From Octopus vulgaris (lineage: Eukaryota), in NCBI GenBank assembly GCA_951406725.2, contig OX597827.1:75268001-75332000 (forward strand): a stretch of DNA of 64,000 nt. The letters are read 5' to 3'. A program made the position numbers and the translations under genes. This document shows positions 26,232 through 39,331 of the stretch, in pieces. Below the pieces are notes generated by a model. It was not told where the DNA came from, did no database searches, and worked only from the letters and a program-made list of their open reading frames with translations. Numbering within the stretch: the stretch's first letter is position 1; every line of letters starts with the position of its first letter.

Positions 26232-26922
26232 GTACAATGATTGTTTATTACTTCAGAGACATGTAAAACATTATCTAATTATCCAATGTATTCTTTGATT
26301 TCTCAAGATACAGAAGAGTGTGATTTGAAATAAATTTAACTGCTATTTTTAGCATGTTGAATGACAACTTAGTGGTCTCTTGTCAGTCTCATTATCAAAG
26401 TAACAATCTAAGATGACTAATTAGTAGAATCATTAGCCACTCTTCCTTCTCTGACTTCTTTGCCCACAGCAAATATATAACCTAGGGTCCTCCTCTTTCT
26501 GAAATTTTCCCCTCTAACTCTGCGCATACAACTCGTCCTCTTAAAAACCAGTGATTGAACTACTACGTGGTTGCTTGACCTGCAAAACTAGCAACTAAAT
26601 CTCACCCTTTTCATCTTAACAAAGAGATAAAACACAACAGATACCGGTAGCTCAGAGTACACTGTGACATCATCATCATTTAGCATCTGCTTTCCATGCT
26701 GGCATGGGTTGGACGGTTTGACTGAAATTGGTATGGTGGAGGGCTGCACCAGGTTCCAATGTGATATTGCAGGGTTTCGACAGCTGGAATGTCCCCCTTC
26801 ATAGATTTGTTCAATCATTGTCAACTTGTGGGATAAACCAACAATAACAACAAACAAACAAGCAGAAAGAAATGTGTGGATTTGTGTTGGTACATTATTC
26901 ATCATCAATGGTATGTAGAGGC

Positions 26923-27311
26923 GGAGGCGCAATGGCCCAGTGGTTAGGGCAGCGGACTCGCGGTCGTAGGATCGCGGTTTCGATTCCCAGACCGGGCGCT
27001 GTGAGTGTTTATTGAGCGAAAACACCTAAAAAAGATCCACGAGGCTCCGGCAGGGGATGGTGGTGATCCCTGCTGTACTCTTTCCCCACAACTTTCTCTC
27101 ACTCTTACTTCCTGTTTCTGTTGTACCTGTATTTCAAAGGGCCGGCCTTGTCACTTTCTGTGTCACGCTGAATATCCCCGAGAACTACGTTAAGGGTGCA
27201 CGTGTCTGTGGAGTGCTCAGCCACTTACACGTTAATTTCACGAGCAAGCTGTTCCGTTGATCGTATCAGCTGGGACCCTCGTCGTCGTAACCGACGGAGT
27301 GCTCCTATATA
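26923..27311 (+). mobile_element. Chimeric SINE: family D tRNA head plus family E tail
   Basis: The head matches 42701 and 57455, and the tail from ~27122 matches the tails of 34447 and 61745. A 12-bp TSD tatgtagaggcg lies at 26912-26923 and 27312-27323. Confidence 0.88.
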
Positions 27312-27497
27312 TATGTAGAGGCGTAAGCAGGAGCAGGGACGACCTTCATGCATTTCCTAAGAAAATTATCAACATCGTTAGTGAAGTGAGACGAAATCCA
27401 TACAAGTTTTGCTTCTATTGTACAACACATTACCCTGATTATTCAGAATTTATTCATCTTTTATTTATAATCTGGCCTCAACATATATGGGACTAGC

Positions 27498-27544
<47 letters not shown>

Positions 27545-27699
27545 TCTCCTCACAAAATGAACAACCACCGTTTTGCTTGGTTGCCCTTTTCTATCCACCC
27601 CACTGCAACAACCACTCACCAAACAACACCACCCCTGGCTTCTCCTGAACAATAACCACTGCCACCTTTACCCTAATTTCTGCATTTGAAACACCCCCT

Positions 27700-27735
<36 letters not shown>

Positions 27736-27828
27736 TCTCTCTCTCATGCGACGTGACAGTCACACAGGAAAACAGACATTTTATGTATATATTTGAACTA
27801 TTGAAGCTATTAGTGGTATCTCCAGACA

Positions 27829-27829
<1 letters not shown>

Positions 27830-27885
<56 letters not shown>

Positions 27886-27981
27886 CACCCGCCCCATACA
27901 TTCACACATACATATACACCCCCATATACTTTTTCAATCGCTTTAATTTCCTTCTCAATTCTCATAAAACTCCACCCATAC

Positions 27982-28032
<51 letters not shown>

Positions 28033-28063
28033 CATATATCTCTATATATAAAATATATATAGA

Positions 28064-28100
<37 letters not shown>

Positions 28101-28175
28101 GTATGTATATGTATGTATATATATATATATATACACACATATATATCTGTACACACAGACACACATACATACATT
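27830..28175. repeat. (CA)n and (TA)n microsatellites
   Basis: Direct reading. Confidence 0.95.
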
Positions 28176-28229
28176 CACACTAGAAAACTATCAAACGTGT
28201 ACATTATGGAAAAATCTTAATTTGCCGCA

Positions 28230-28484
28230 GAGTTCTCTTTCTCCTCCTCCTCTCTCTCTCTCGCTCTCTCTCTCTCTTTCTCTCGCTCCTCTTTTCCCGC
28301 TCTCACCACCTTTCCAATCTCTCTTTCTCTTTCTCTTTCTCTCTCTCTCCTCCTTCTCACCCTCTTATTCTTCATTTCTCTATCTCTTTCCCAAACGTCA
28401 ACGTAAATGTCACCTCTCCTTTCTCTTCCTCTCTCGCTTTACCTTCTTTTACATCTTTTATTTCGTCTCTACCTTCACTCTCTC

Positions 28485-28528
<44 letters not shown>

Positions 28529-28678
28529 TCCTTTATTCAATCGCTTCGGTTTAATTCTCTTCATTTTTTCTCACAAACTCATCCTCTTTCTCTAAACTTA
28601 AAATTATAAAATAAAACCCACTTTCATAAATATAATTTTCCTCCCTCTTTCTCCCGAGCGAAATAAATTTTAACATCA

Positions 28679-28714
<36 letters not shown>

Positions 28715-29235
28715 ATTTTCACTTGCTTCTCTCTCTCTCTCTCTCTTTTTTCATTTTCCCTTGCTTCTCTTTCTCTCTCCTCTTTTTTTCTTCTTTTCAA
28801 GACTTCTCCCAGACCCCTCATCGTAACCCCTCTCTTTCAAACATCTCCTTTACGCTCTCCCTCCTTTTTAAGCTGATAAAAAACTCTTCTCATTGAAACT
28901 TCTCTCTTGTTTTTCTCTTCCTATCCCTCCCTTTAAACTTATATAGGTCACTCCCTCTTCCAAATTCCCGTAATAATCCCCCTCTTTCTTTCTATCACCC
29001 CCTCCTCCCTTTTGTCATACATACACTTTCTCTATTCTTTTACCACTACCCTCCCCCCTCCTCACAATGTCTTCTTCATCGCCAGATTTCTTCTCTTTCT
29101 ACTTCTTCCCCCTCTTTTACTTCTTCTTTATCTCTATCTCAATGCGAACATTACTCTTCCCCCCACCTCACATTGATTGTTTACCTTTCTTTCCCTCCCC
29201 CCTCATCACAAAAAAAAATCACCTCCCACTCTCTC
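28230..29235. repeat. ~1 kb polypyrimidine/(CT)n-rich tract
   Basis: Strong C/T bias on the plus strand. Confidence 0.9.
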
Positions 29236-29337
29236 AGTGTCTCATATGCATAAACACACACACACACACACATACGCACGCACGCACACACATACGCTCA
29301 CACACACACACGCTCACGTATACGTACGTACATAGTC

Positions 29338-29409
29338 CAGTGCCATCTAGCGGCAGCAATTGACAATATCGCCATCAGTTCTCGTCCTTCTTGACCAGCT
29401 TCAACAGGT
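29338..29409 (+). promoter_or_regulatory. CTCF-like motif, Inr and short first exon candidate
   Basis: cagtgccatctagcggca (29338-29355) resembles the CTCF GCGCCATCTAGTGG motif. Inr TCAGTT lies at 29375-29380 and a donor GTGAGT starts at 29410. The neighbourhood retains CpGs. Confidence 0.5.
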
Positions 29410-31347
29410 GTGAGTATCTCTCCTTCCTTCTAACACTTAACTGTTGTGGTTAAATGCTATTTTCAGGGCAGCTCTGATCGAGCACATTTACAATCAGATC
29501 CGTTCCATTCCTGACCACCCCTTACTGTATCTAGCATTACACTATCCAGTGTCACTTTTTTGTTTTATTACGACGGTTGGGTGTGACTGAGGGGAGATTT
29601 GGTTGCTCTGTCTAGCATGTCGGTCATTGGAGGCCCATTATTAAAGGTTGTTATTGTTGTGAAATATCAATGCCGGTACATTTTAGTACCGTCTGACGAT
29701 TTTGCTCTGAAAACAGTTGATAGTTTTCTTCGTTGGACATAGAAAGACATAGCTTTCTAGCTGTATATATATTGATTATATTGGTGTTGTTTCTCTTTTG
29801 GTCGAAGCCATTCTAGCCACGACCTTTCCGTCTTATATATAGGGACTAATTCCATAACCCAAAGTGTCCCACACGTACACACACTTTTTTAACTATACAT
29901 TTTGTTTTTGGAGAGATTTCAGCCTTATTTCTAGCAGATCCAACGACCATATAGGGCACCCTAGTCTTCTATTACAATTTTATTCACATCTTGAATGCTT
30001 TATAGGTATATGAAATCGTTCCCGGTATTATTTGACTGGAACTCTATTTCATCGCTACACTAATAATAAGCATGTTGACGTCGGTGGAGTTTGAACTTAG
30101 AATGTAACGAGCCATAGCTAAATACCGTGCGGTATTTTGTTCGACTCTAACACACACACACCTGCCAACCCACGGACAAGCTAAAGGTTAACACGTCTCT
30201 GGGTTCTGCTTTCGAAATTACTGACGTTTATCTCTATATACACACATTCATATACATGCGTACATACACTCACACACCGAACTGTCGTTTTGTTTACGTG
30301 TATGATTACAGACACAGACAGACAGACACCTGTTACAGTTTGAGGGTTTACAAACCACAGTGTTTCAACATTCTGAACTGCCGATCACACACATATTTAT
30401 TTCTGTGTTATTGTTTAGCCCCAAGTCAGTTCCTGACCGAGCAGACATATGATCAAAAACATTTCAGCTATGACCATCTCGTCGTTCCCCATTTTTTTTT
30501 TAAGACAGCAGTTAATCTAAAGATTTGGTTACTGTTTTCAGCAGATCAAGTGACCGTGTCTGTTCTTGGTTAGTTTCTTTTTATATCAGATTGTCCCTTC
30601 TTAGCGTCAACCAAATACATTTTGTCTTTATTCGGTCCATAGCTGCTCCTACACTCGTGTTTGTCTGCATGTTTATATAGTTTAATTTTTGGTATTGAAA
30701 GAACTATAAGTAATTATTCTATCAAGACTAAACTTAAAATGCGTAATATAAGGAGATGAAAACTTCAATTCGCTGCGATTATCCATACAATTCGTAGACA
30801 AAAATGTTATGCACGAAACTCGAGCGTCATAGTAATTACTACCTTTTTCTTTCATTGGTAAATGCTAGTATTCTGAGAAGCGATAATTACACAAAGGACT
30901 CGATGTAAGACCCAGAGTCAAATATCTTAAAAAGAGGTTAAAAAATAAGTTGCCGATTACTTCGAAGTTTTGCTGAAGGCGGCTTATCAAGTTGACTGTT
31001 TGAAAATATAGCATTTGTCAAAACTTCAAAGTAATTGTATAAATGTCAAAACCATATTATGCTACATGTTTTCTATTCAATTGCCATGAATATCGGCAAT
31101 AACAGAGCTGCAGTTGGCTACCTCAAATTTTAAGATGTGTGTGTTTGTGTGTGTTTGTGTGTGACACATTCTGTCTTGGTTAGGAATTTATATTTCATTA
31201 TCTCACACCTTTTGCACTCTTTTTAAAGCACAGGTGCACTCAAGCATGTAGTTTCCTTTATATCTCTCTGCTCTCCTCCTTCGGTTTTATTTTATTTTAT
31301 TTTTGGTCTTTCAAACATGTATTTCTTTTTTCTCTCTCTCTTTCTCT

Positions 31348-31382
<35 letters not shown>

Positions 31383-32370
31383 ACGTCCTTCTCACATATT
31401 TACTCTCTCCTGTCTCTTTCTTCCTCTCTCTCTCCAGTTCTTGAGGTTTCTATCTCAGTAACACTGCTGACAGTAGTCACTGCAAAATACTACATCCAAT
31501 ACTAACAACACCAACCTACTATATATATATATATATATATGTAGCCAGTTGCTTGTATCCACTTCTATAGTGACTCTACAGGAAGGCATTGTAGTGAGTA
31601 TCAGCACTATAATCTATACTAGTATTGCTGTAATTGCCATAGCATAGACAAGAGTCAATACCAACATGTTATGACAGACACTTCAGCTCAGTACTAATAG
31701 AACAATTGTTGTCAATGCAGACACTACAGATATTAATGGTACTTTTAATATTGCAGCCAATACCAACACTGCAGACACTACAGCCAATAGCAACACTGCT
31801 GATACTACAGCCAATACTGAGAAAAGTATTGAGAAAAATATAGTGGTTTAACTTACTAGAAATAGCAGCCAAATCTGCCATAATTCACATCATTCCATCT
31901 TAAGCTATATTTAACATATGAGCCAACAAAGGAGCCTCTATAAGATCACTTGACATGCTACAAACAACTACTAAATGACATCCTATTCTCCTTAAAACTG
32001 AACAAATTGGATTATGTAATTCTAGATACTTAAGATGGGATGGTCACAGATAGAATAAGTTGGGACTATATGACAATAACATTTAGATTATAATCGAAAT
32101 TATACATATAGTGACAAGAAAAAGTCATTAGCATTAGAGTTGTTGATGTAGTTGTAGAAACACTGTCTGGTGGGGTGGTCATGTTTAGAATGTCTTTAAG
32201 TCTGTTGAATCAGTGCTAAACAGCAACACTATTAACAGTACAGGTGTTAGAGGGGATCATTGGTTAACACAGGATCAGTATTGTAGCAGGTGTCGTGTTG
32301 TTTTTTAATTACCTCCATCCATGGAATTTAACACTGAATGATGAAGAATGAAACTCTCTCATCCATAGGA

Positions 32371-32538
32371 ATCATCATCATCATCATTTAATGTCCGCTT
32401 TCCATGCTAGCATGGGTTGGATGATTTTGACTGAGGGCTGGCGAACCAGATGGTTGCACCAGTCTCCAATCTTGATTTGGCAGAGTTTCTACAGCTGGAT
32501 GCCCTTCCTAACGCCAACCACTCCGAAAGTGTAGTGGG
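32371..32538 (-). mobile_element. Family A (RTE 3' end)
   Basis: Close match to 917-1080. A second diverged copy lies at 32890-33135. Confidence 0.8.
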
Positions 32539-34446
32539 TTACAAATTTGAAGGAAGCGGTTGGGTGATTAAATTTACCCCAATTCTTGGCTGGTACTTTT
32601 ACTTTAGCTATTCCAGATGAGTGAAAGGCAAAGTGAACCTTGGCAGGATTTGAACTTGAAATATAAATGGTTATAACCAAATACCATAAGGCATTTTGTC
32701 TGATGCACCACTCTATCATCACCATAATGTTTCTCACAAAAGCACAAGGTTAGAAGTTTGTAGGAAGGGGTTACCTGATTAATTCACCCTCTCACTGGTA
32801 CCAGAAGGTAAGAAGCTGTAACTAAATATCGCAACATAATGATAATAGCTTATCTAAGGCACGAAACACATCCTCTGGGAGGAAAAAATTATCATCATCA
32901 TTTAATGTCTGTTCTCCATGCTGGCATGGGTTGGATAGTTCAACAGGAGCTGCAGAGCTGCCCCAGGCTCCACTTGTCTGTTTTGGCATGGTTTCTATGC
33001 CTGGACGCCCTTCCTAACACCAATCACTTTACAGTGTGTACTGGCTGCTTTAAATGTGGCACTGACATGGGACCAGCATGGGCACTTTTACGCAATACCA
33101 GTACAGCTGCTTTTATGTGGCCCCAGCACCTATGAGCCCACAAGAGCAAGTCTCTCAGCTGAGAGAGGGACATAGAAGACATGCCTGTATGTATGGATGG
33201 TCACAGTTTTACTTAGCTAGGAACATTCAATTAAATCATCCCTTGTTTTGACAGTTTTTTTGGGTTTTTTTTTTTTTATCATTCTCTGAAGAATGAAAGG
33301 CAATGTTAACCTTGAAAGTAGAGATTTGGACACAGAATGTGAAAACACCCAATAGCACAAATCGTTTTGTTTGAAACTGTCAGTTGTCAATTATAATAGT
33401 AGTGATTTCATACAAGCCTAGGAATTTTAGGATAGAGGGTGGGAGGTACAGACTTCTATATCAACTTTCATACCTGACAGGTGCTTTATTTTATTGACCC
33501 TGGAAGCATGGAAAAAACAAAAAAATGAAAATGAACCCTTGCAGAATTTGAACTCAGAATATATAGTGATGTGATTCAATAAAGCCATATTGTTCTCCCA
33601 TCAATTCTACTAATCGCTTCCACACACACACACACACACAGTGTCTCTCTTTTAGAAAAGAGAGAAACGAGTTGTGAATTGAGATAGATAGTATTGAGGA
33701 TCAAAATAATTAACTTCCTTTTGCCAAGTCTCAAAGGACCCAATTTTATTTTCTTTAGTAGAAATAGATGAGATATGAACTCAGGATGCATAGAGTTGAA
33801 GATATATGTTGTCAGTGCTCTAACATTTTGCCAATCCCACCACTGGGGATGATAATGAAAGGATAAAAAATAAAGCTGGCTTCAATGAGATTTGAACCTA
33901 GAGTACAGAGTCAGAACAAATACTTCAAGCCATTCTATCCAATGCTCTAATGACTCTACAAAATTGACACTAGCATTGATTCTCAAAGTATTTGATTTCC
34001 TTTGCTTAGTTATAAATGATGGTGACATTTTAAAATATGACACTTGAAGATTCGTCTGGCAGAGTTTCAACCATCAAATCACACTGCTACACTGTGTTTG
34101 TTTCAAGTGTCACTGTGTAGTCATCTTCATTATGTAACAATGGTATGTCTGTTATGCATCTCCTACATTTCAGACAGTGCCCTCAGCTACACATCCAAAC
34201 ATCCTTAACAAACTATTTCCCCTAAAAAGACACCTAAAATCACTCCCCAGTGTGCTCTATAAACATGGTTGTCTCCTCTCTTTATCTTTCCTACTTCTAT
34301 CACGGTGACTTCTGCTGCATGCAGCTGGTTAGTCACATGCCATTTCCGCTTGTCTACACCTGACTAGTACATCTCATGCCACCCTTGTTATGCTCTCCCC
34401 TTCAGGCTCTGCATTTATCATTTCATTCAGTCTTTCCTTCTCAAGT

Positions 34447-34978
34447 GAAGGCACGTGGCCTGATGGTTAGGTGGCGAGCTGGCAGAAGCGTTAGCACGCC
34501 GGGCGTTCCAAGTTCAAATTCCACCGAGGTCGACTTTGCCTTTCATCCTCTCGGGGTCGATAAATTAAGTACCAGTTACTCCCTGGGGTCGATGTAATCG
34601 ACTTAATCCCTTTGTCTGTCCTTGCTTGTCCCCTCTGTGTTTAGCCCCTTGTGGGTAGTAAAGAAATAGGTTAGGGGCATGCGGATCACAATCATATGGT
34701 TGTGAGATCAATTCCTGGCCACACATTGTGTCCTTGAGCAAGACACTTTATTTCACATTGCTCCAGTCCACTCAGCTGGCAAAAATGAGTAGTACCTGTA
34801 ATTCAAAGGGGCCAGCCTTGTCACATTCTGTGTCATGCTAAATCTCTTTGTGAACTGTATTAAGGGTACGCATATCTGTGGGGTACTCAGCCACTTACAC
34901 ATTTTTTTCACAAACTGGTTATTCCATTGATCGGATCAATTGGAACTCTCAGCCTCATAACTGATGGACTGCTAGAGT
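34447..34978 (+). mobile_element. Family E SINE interrupted by a family C SINE (34470-34668)
   Basis: The host A box tggcctgatggttagg is split, and ggtta(gg) is duplicated at 34465 and 34669. Confidence 0.85.
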
Positions 34979-35736
34979 CTTTCCTCCACATTGAACATCG
35001 GCCCTCTGAAATTCCCTCCTGCCCCATGTTTTTCCTGCAGTCATAAAAAATTTAGCAATTCAAGTGAAACATTCATCTCACTGGTCTTGTTTTGTGGGTC
35101 TAGAAAGGCCAAAGCATTGCCCCTTCTTCCCAGCCCAAATCATTAAGAAAGGGAAAGTGATATAGCACTTGCATTAACTCAGTATATGACAGGTATTTCA
35201 TTGATTCTGAAATGCCAACTCCAGCTGGATTTGATCTCTAAGCATAGAAGACAACCAAGCTTACTACTCTATGTTGATTTATTGTCTCAAAATCTGTAGT
35301 AAGTGGTGATGGTCGTAGTAGTAGTGGTAGTGGTGGTCTGCTGTCACTGTTTAGCCCCGTGTCAGCCTTGAGTCAGCAGACCCATGAGCAAAAGGGTTCA
35401 GCCGTAGCCATTCCATCTTTTTTCACATCTAGGATTATGTTGCCTGATCTATCTTACATTATTTTAAGACGGTAGGGTTTGATTTGAAGGTATTTGACTG
35501 TTATTTCTAACGAGTTGAGTGATTGCACAGCAGTTCCTTCCTTGCCTCATAGTCTGTGCTCTTCAGTTGGTGGACCATCAAACTGTTTATTGTAGTGATG
35601 ATGACTGTCGGTACTATAAAAGACATCTGATGCTCCACCAACCGAAGTGTACAGGTTGTGAGCCAGTGAAGGAGCTTCTGTGCAATCACTCAACTTGCTA
35701 GAAATAACAATATAGTAGTGTTGCTAGCTGTCAGTG

Positions 35737-36030
35737 TGAAGGCGCATGGCTCAGTGGTTAGAGCATCAGGCTCACAATGATGAGACAGTGGGTTCAATCC
35801 CTGGACTGGGCTGTGTGTTGTGTTCTTGAGCAAGGCGCTTCATTTTCATCTTGCTCCAGTTCACTGAGCTGTAGAAATGAGTTACAACATCACTGGATAA
35901 CATCAGTGGCATGGGGCAGAGAGGCTGGTATGCTGGTCTTCCATAAACAGCTGTGTCTAGACTTGTGCTTCAGAGGGTAACTTTCTAGGTGCAATCCCAT
36001 GATCATTCATGACCGAAGGGGGTCTTTACG
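35737..36030 (+). mobile_element. SINE family E' (E head with an alternative tail)
   Basis: The head and CORE-like region are as in family E. The tail ...ctttctaggtgcaatccc...gaccgaagggggtcttta is shared only with 38238. Confidence 0.8.
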
Positions 36031-37399
36031 CTGATGGCTGTCAGTGGCAGGGGTGGTTGAAATAACACCAATTGGGGAGACTACCAGCCATAGGATTTAC
36101 CAGGAAACCCTAGCTCTATAAAGTAAAAAATAGAAAATAAACTTGTTAAGCTGGGGGTTGGGGGTTGGCCGAATCATCATTAGAACATCACAGACCAAAT
36201 GCTTTGCAGTTTTTATTTATGATGCTTCATATTCTGAGTTCAAATCCCACTGGGTTCAACTTTGCCTTTCAACATTGCATGGTTGATAAGAGAAAGTACC
36301 AAATATTGGGGTTGCTATTATCAACTTCTCCTTCCCACTCAAATGTGTGACCTTATACCTATATTAGAAATTACATAAGTGCCAGGAATAATTTGTGTGT
36401 ATTTGTAACTGAATTGTTTAATACACACATCAGTAAAAACCGCCTCGTGTATTTGGTGAGTTCTGTGACATTTGGTGTTACTGTAATATTTTTAGCCCGA
36501 GACTTGGCTTTAACAGCAGTTCTCATGAGGTGGGGACCACTTATGGAGTCACCTGTGAGGAATGGAAAGAGGGAGGACCAAGTACCCATGTTTAATAAAA
36601 TTAAGATGGTTTTAAACGTTTTAAACTTGTCCAACACTGGCAAAGAAAGACATTCAGATGCAAAAACTTCCATCACCCCATTTATAAAAAACTAGTGGGG
36701 TGGGGAACGAATTTTCACTAATACTTGATAGTGGGGGTGGCTGGTATTTTGTCAGTTTGAAAACTACTGGGCCAGGCTGGACTATCAGGCTAGGATAACC
36801 CATACTAGTGATGGTGGTGGTGGCGGCGGTGGTGGTGGTTGCGGTGACAGTGACTGTGTCACTGGGCGTTGTAGCAGTAATAATAGTAATAATAATTATA
36901 AGGCGGAAGGAGGCAGGTTGTGATATCAGCAGCAGTAATTGGTTGTTGTTGTTGTTGTTGTTGTTGTTGTTAGTCATAGTAGTTGTAGCAGTCTATCACA
37001 GACTGACAATAGAAGGCTACCCTGAAGTGAACTAGTTTCACTGTAGATATTATACAGTTTTATTGATTCTTGCAAGGAAGCTTCTCTCTCCACACCCACA
37101 ATACTCAACCCACAGCATTTATTTATATAAAGCTCCCTTGTTTAGTTTAGGGATTAGTCATTCTCATTGACCCCTGACACCAAACTTGGAACTCAGCTCC
37201 CCTACTGCTCCTCCTCCCCCAGAAGCCTTTAATCTCTTATCTGCTATCTGAAGATCTTGAATGTTGCTGTTCACTTTCATACTCCCTTGCAGGATTACTG
37301 GTATTAGTTTTTTCTCTGCTGGACAAATAGGATGTCAAGTTGACCTGAGCAGAATTTGAATTGGCATCTCCCATTTGTGTGTGTGTGTGTGTTTTCTTT

Positions 37400-37595
37400 T
37401 ATTCTTTTACTTGTTTCAGTCATCTGACTGCCGCCATGCTGGAGCACCACCTTGAGGGGTTTTAGTTGAACAAATCAACACTAGGACTTATTTCTAGTAC
37501 TTATTCTATTGTTCTCTTTTGCCAAACCACTAAGTTATGGGGACATAAACACACAATACCAGCTGTCATGCAGTGAGGGGACGTGGGGACAAACA
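37400..37595 (-). mobile_element. Family B SINE 3' half
   Basis: tttacttgtttcagtc...ccatgctggagcacc. Confidence 0.75.
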
Positions 37596-37922
37596 CATTC
37601 ACACTTGTGCTAAATCTCCTTTACTCTTTTCAAATTCTTGTTCCAATCCAGATTAGCCCTTATCGAGCAAACCTATAGTCAAAGACATTCCCTCCTTAGT
37701 CATTTTGTCTTTGTGTGTGTATATTTAGGGTTATATCATCAAGTGTGTCCCTTTTTTAAACATGATTAGGTGCGTTTGGCAAATTTGCTGCTATTTCTAA
37801 CAGGTCGAGTAGCCTGATAGTGCTCTGGCTCAGAATAAGATATATCGCATTTGCTATATGAATAGGCAACCCTTTCACTTTTCTCATTGTATATCTGAAA
37901 TATAACAAACTATTTTATTTAA

Positions 37923-38114
37923 TCCTTCAGCATTTAAACTGGCCGTATCCAGCCCAAATATTCAAACAGCTAGATTTGTCCTCTCACACCCATCCTACAA
38001 TGTCATTCTAAAAATAAACATTTACATCATCAAAATCTTGAAACTATGAGGTGATTCAAAACAATGTGAATAAACAAGTTCTACATGTGGCTAAGAAAAC
38101 TGAATTCTAAAGGA
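37923..38114. mobile_element. piggyBac-type MITE, degenerate and inverted relative to 48000
   Basis: TTAA at both ends, with ends tccttcagc / ctaaagga. Confidence 0.65.
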
Positions 38115-38237
38115 TTAAATCAAGAAGTGTGTGTGTCTGTGTGTGTGATTATCATTGTTCTAACGTCCACTTTTCTATGACTGCATGTGTGAAACAAAGT
38201 TTATTGCAGCGGATTTTCTAACCCTCAACCATTTTCG

Positions 38238-38582
38238 TGAAGGTGCATGGCTCAGTAAATAGAGCATCAGGCTCATGATCGTGAGGTAGTGAGTTCAATC
38301 TCCGAACCAGGCTGTGTGTTTTGTTCTTGAGCAAGACACTTTATTTCACGTTGCCTCAGTTCACTCATCTGTAGAAATGATTTGCAATGTCACTGGTGCC
38401 AAACTGTATCGGCCCCTTTGCTTTTCCCTTGGATAACATATTAGTGGTGTGTAGAGGGGAAGCTGGTATGCATGGGCGATTGCTGGTCTTCCATAAACGA
38501 CCTTGCCCGCACTTGTGCCTCGGAGGGAAACTTTCTAGGTGCAATCCCAAGGTCATTCATGACCGAAAGGGGGTCTTTACCT
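38238..38582 (+). mobile_element. SINE family E'
   Basis: Matches 35737-36030. Confidence 0.82.
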
Positions 38583-38614
38583 TTTTATATATACATACAC
38601 TTTTTTGTTTTTAT

Positions 38615-38822
38615 TCTTTTTACTTGTTTCAGTCAGTTGACTTCAGCCATGCTGGAGCACCACCTTAAAGGGTGTTAGTCAAAGAAATCGACCCCAGGAC
38701 TGATTCTTTGTAAGCCTAATACTTATTCTATCGGTCTCTTTTGCTGAACTACTAAGTTATGGCGACATAAACACACCAGCATCAGTTGCCAAGCGATGGC
38801 GGAGGAACAAAAAAACACACAC

Positions 38823-38860
<38 letters not shown>

Positions 38861-39020
38861 GACAGGCTTCTTCCAGTTTCTGTCTACTAAATCCATTCAC
38901 AAGGCTTTAGTTGGGTTGAGGTTACAGTAGAAGACACTTGCCTAAGGTGTCTTGCAATGGGACTGAACCTGGAACCATGTGGTTGGGAAGCAAGCTTCTT
39001 GCCACACAGCTATGCCTGTA
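38615..39020 (-). mobile_element. Family B SINE
   Basis: Full-length match to 3421-3822 with CpG decay. Confidence 0.85.
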
Positions 39021-39074
39021 CCTATGTATATATATTGTAAACAAATTTATAAACACTGTGTATATCAGTATTCT

Positions 39075-39303
39075 ACAGAAAATAAAGGAATTTGCAAATA
39101 CGGGAGGCTGTGAAGACAGCTTAGAAATTTGGGTAAATACCCTTTCAAAGACAGAAAAAAGTGGGCCAGCAAGCCTCTGCAGGTACTTGAACCCTGCACC
39201 TCAGCCTTACTGGCTGCTTTTTTCTATCTTCAAAAGGGTATTTACCCAATTTTCTAAGCTGTCTTCACAGCCTCCTGTATTCACGAATTCCTTTATTTTC
39301 TGT
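39075..39303. repeat. Long inverted repeat (~100-bp arms, short loop)
   Basis: acagaaaataaaggaatt...ggaggctgtgaagacagcttagaaa pairs with tttctaagctgtcttcacagcctcc...aattcctttattttctgt. The inner tgcagg/cctgca closes the loop. Confidence 0.95.
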
Positions 39304-39331
39304 CTTCTTCTTTTGAACTTTCCTATGTCTC

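Noticed and set aside
31710-31850. 27-bp repeat encoding TADTTANSN-like units
   Set aside because: Only two to three units, with no start codon or splice support.
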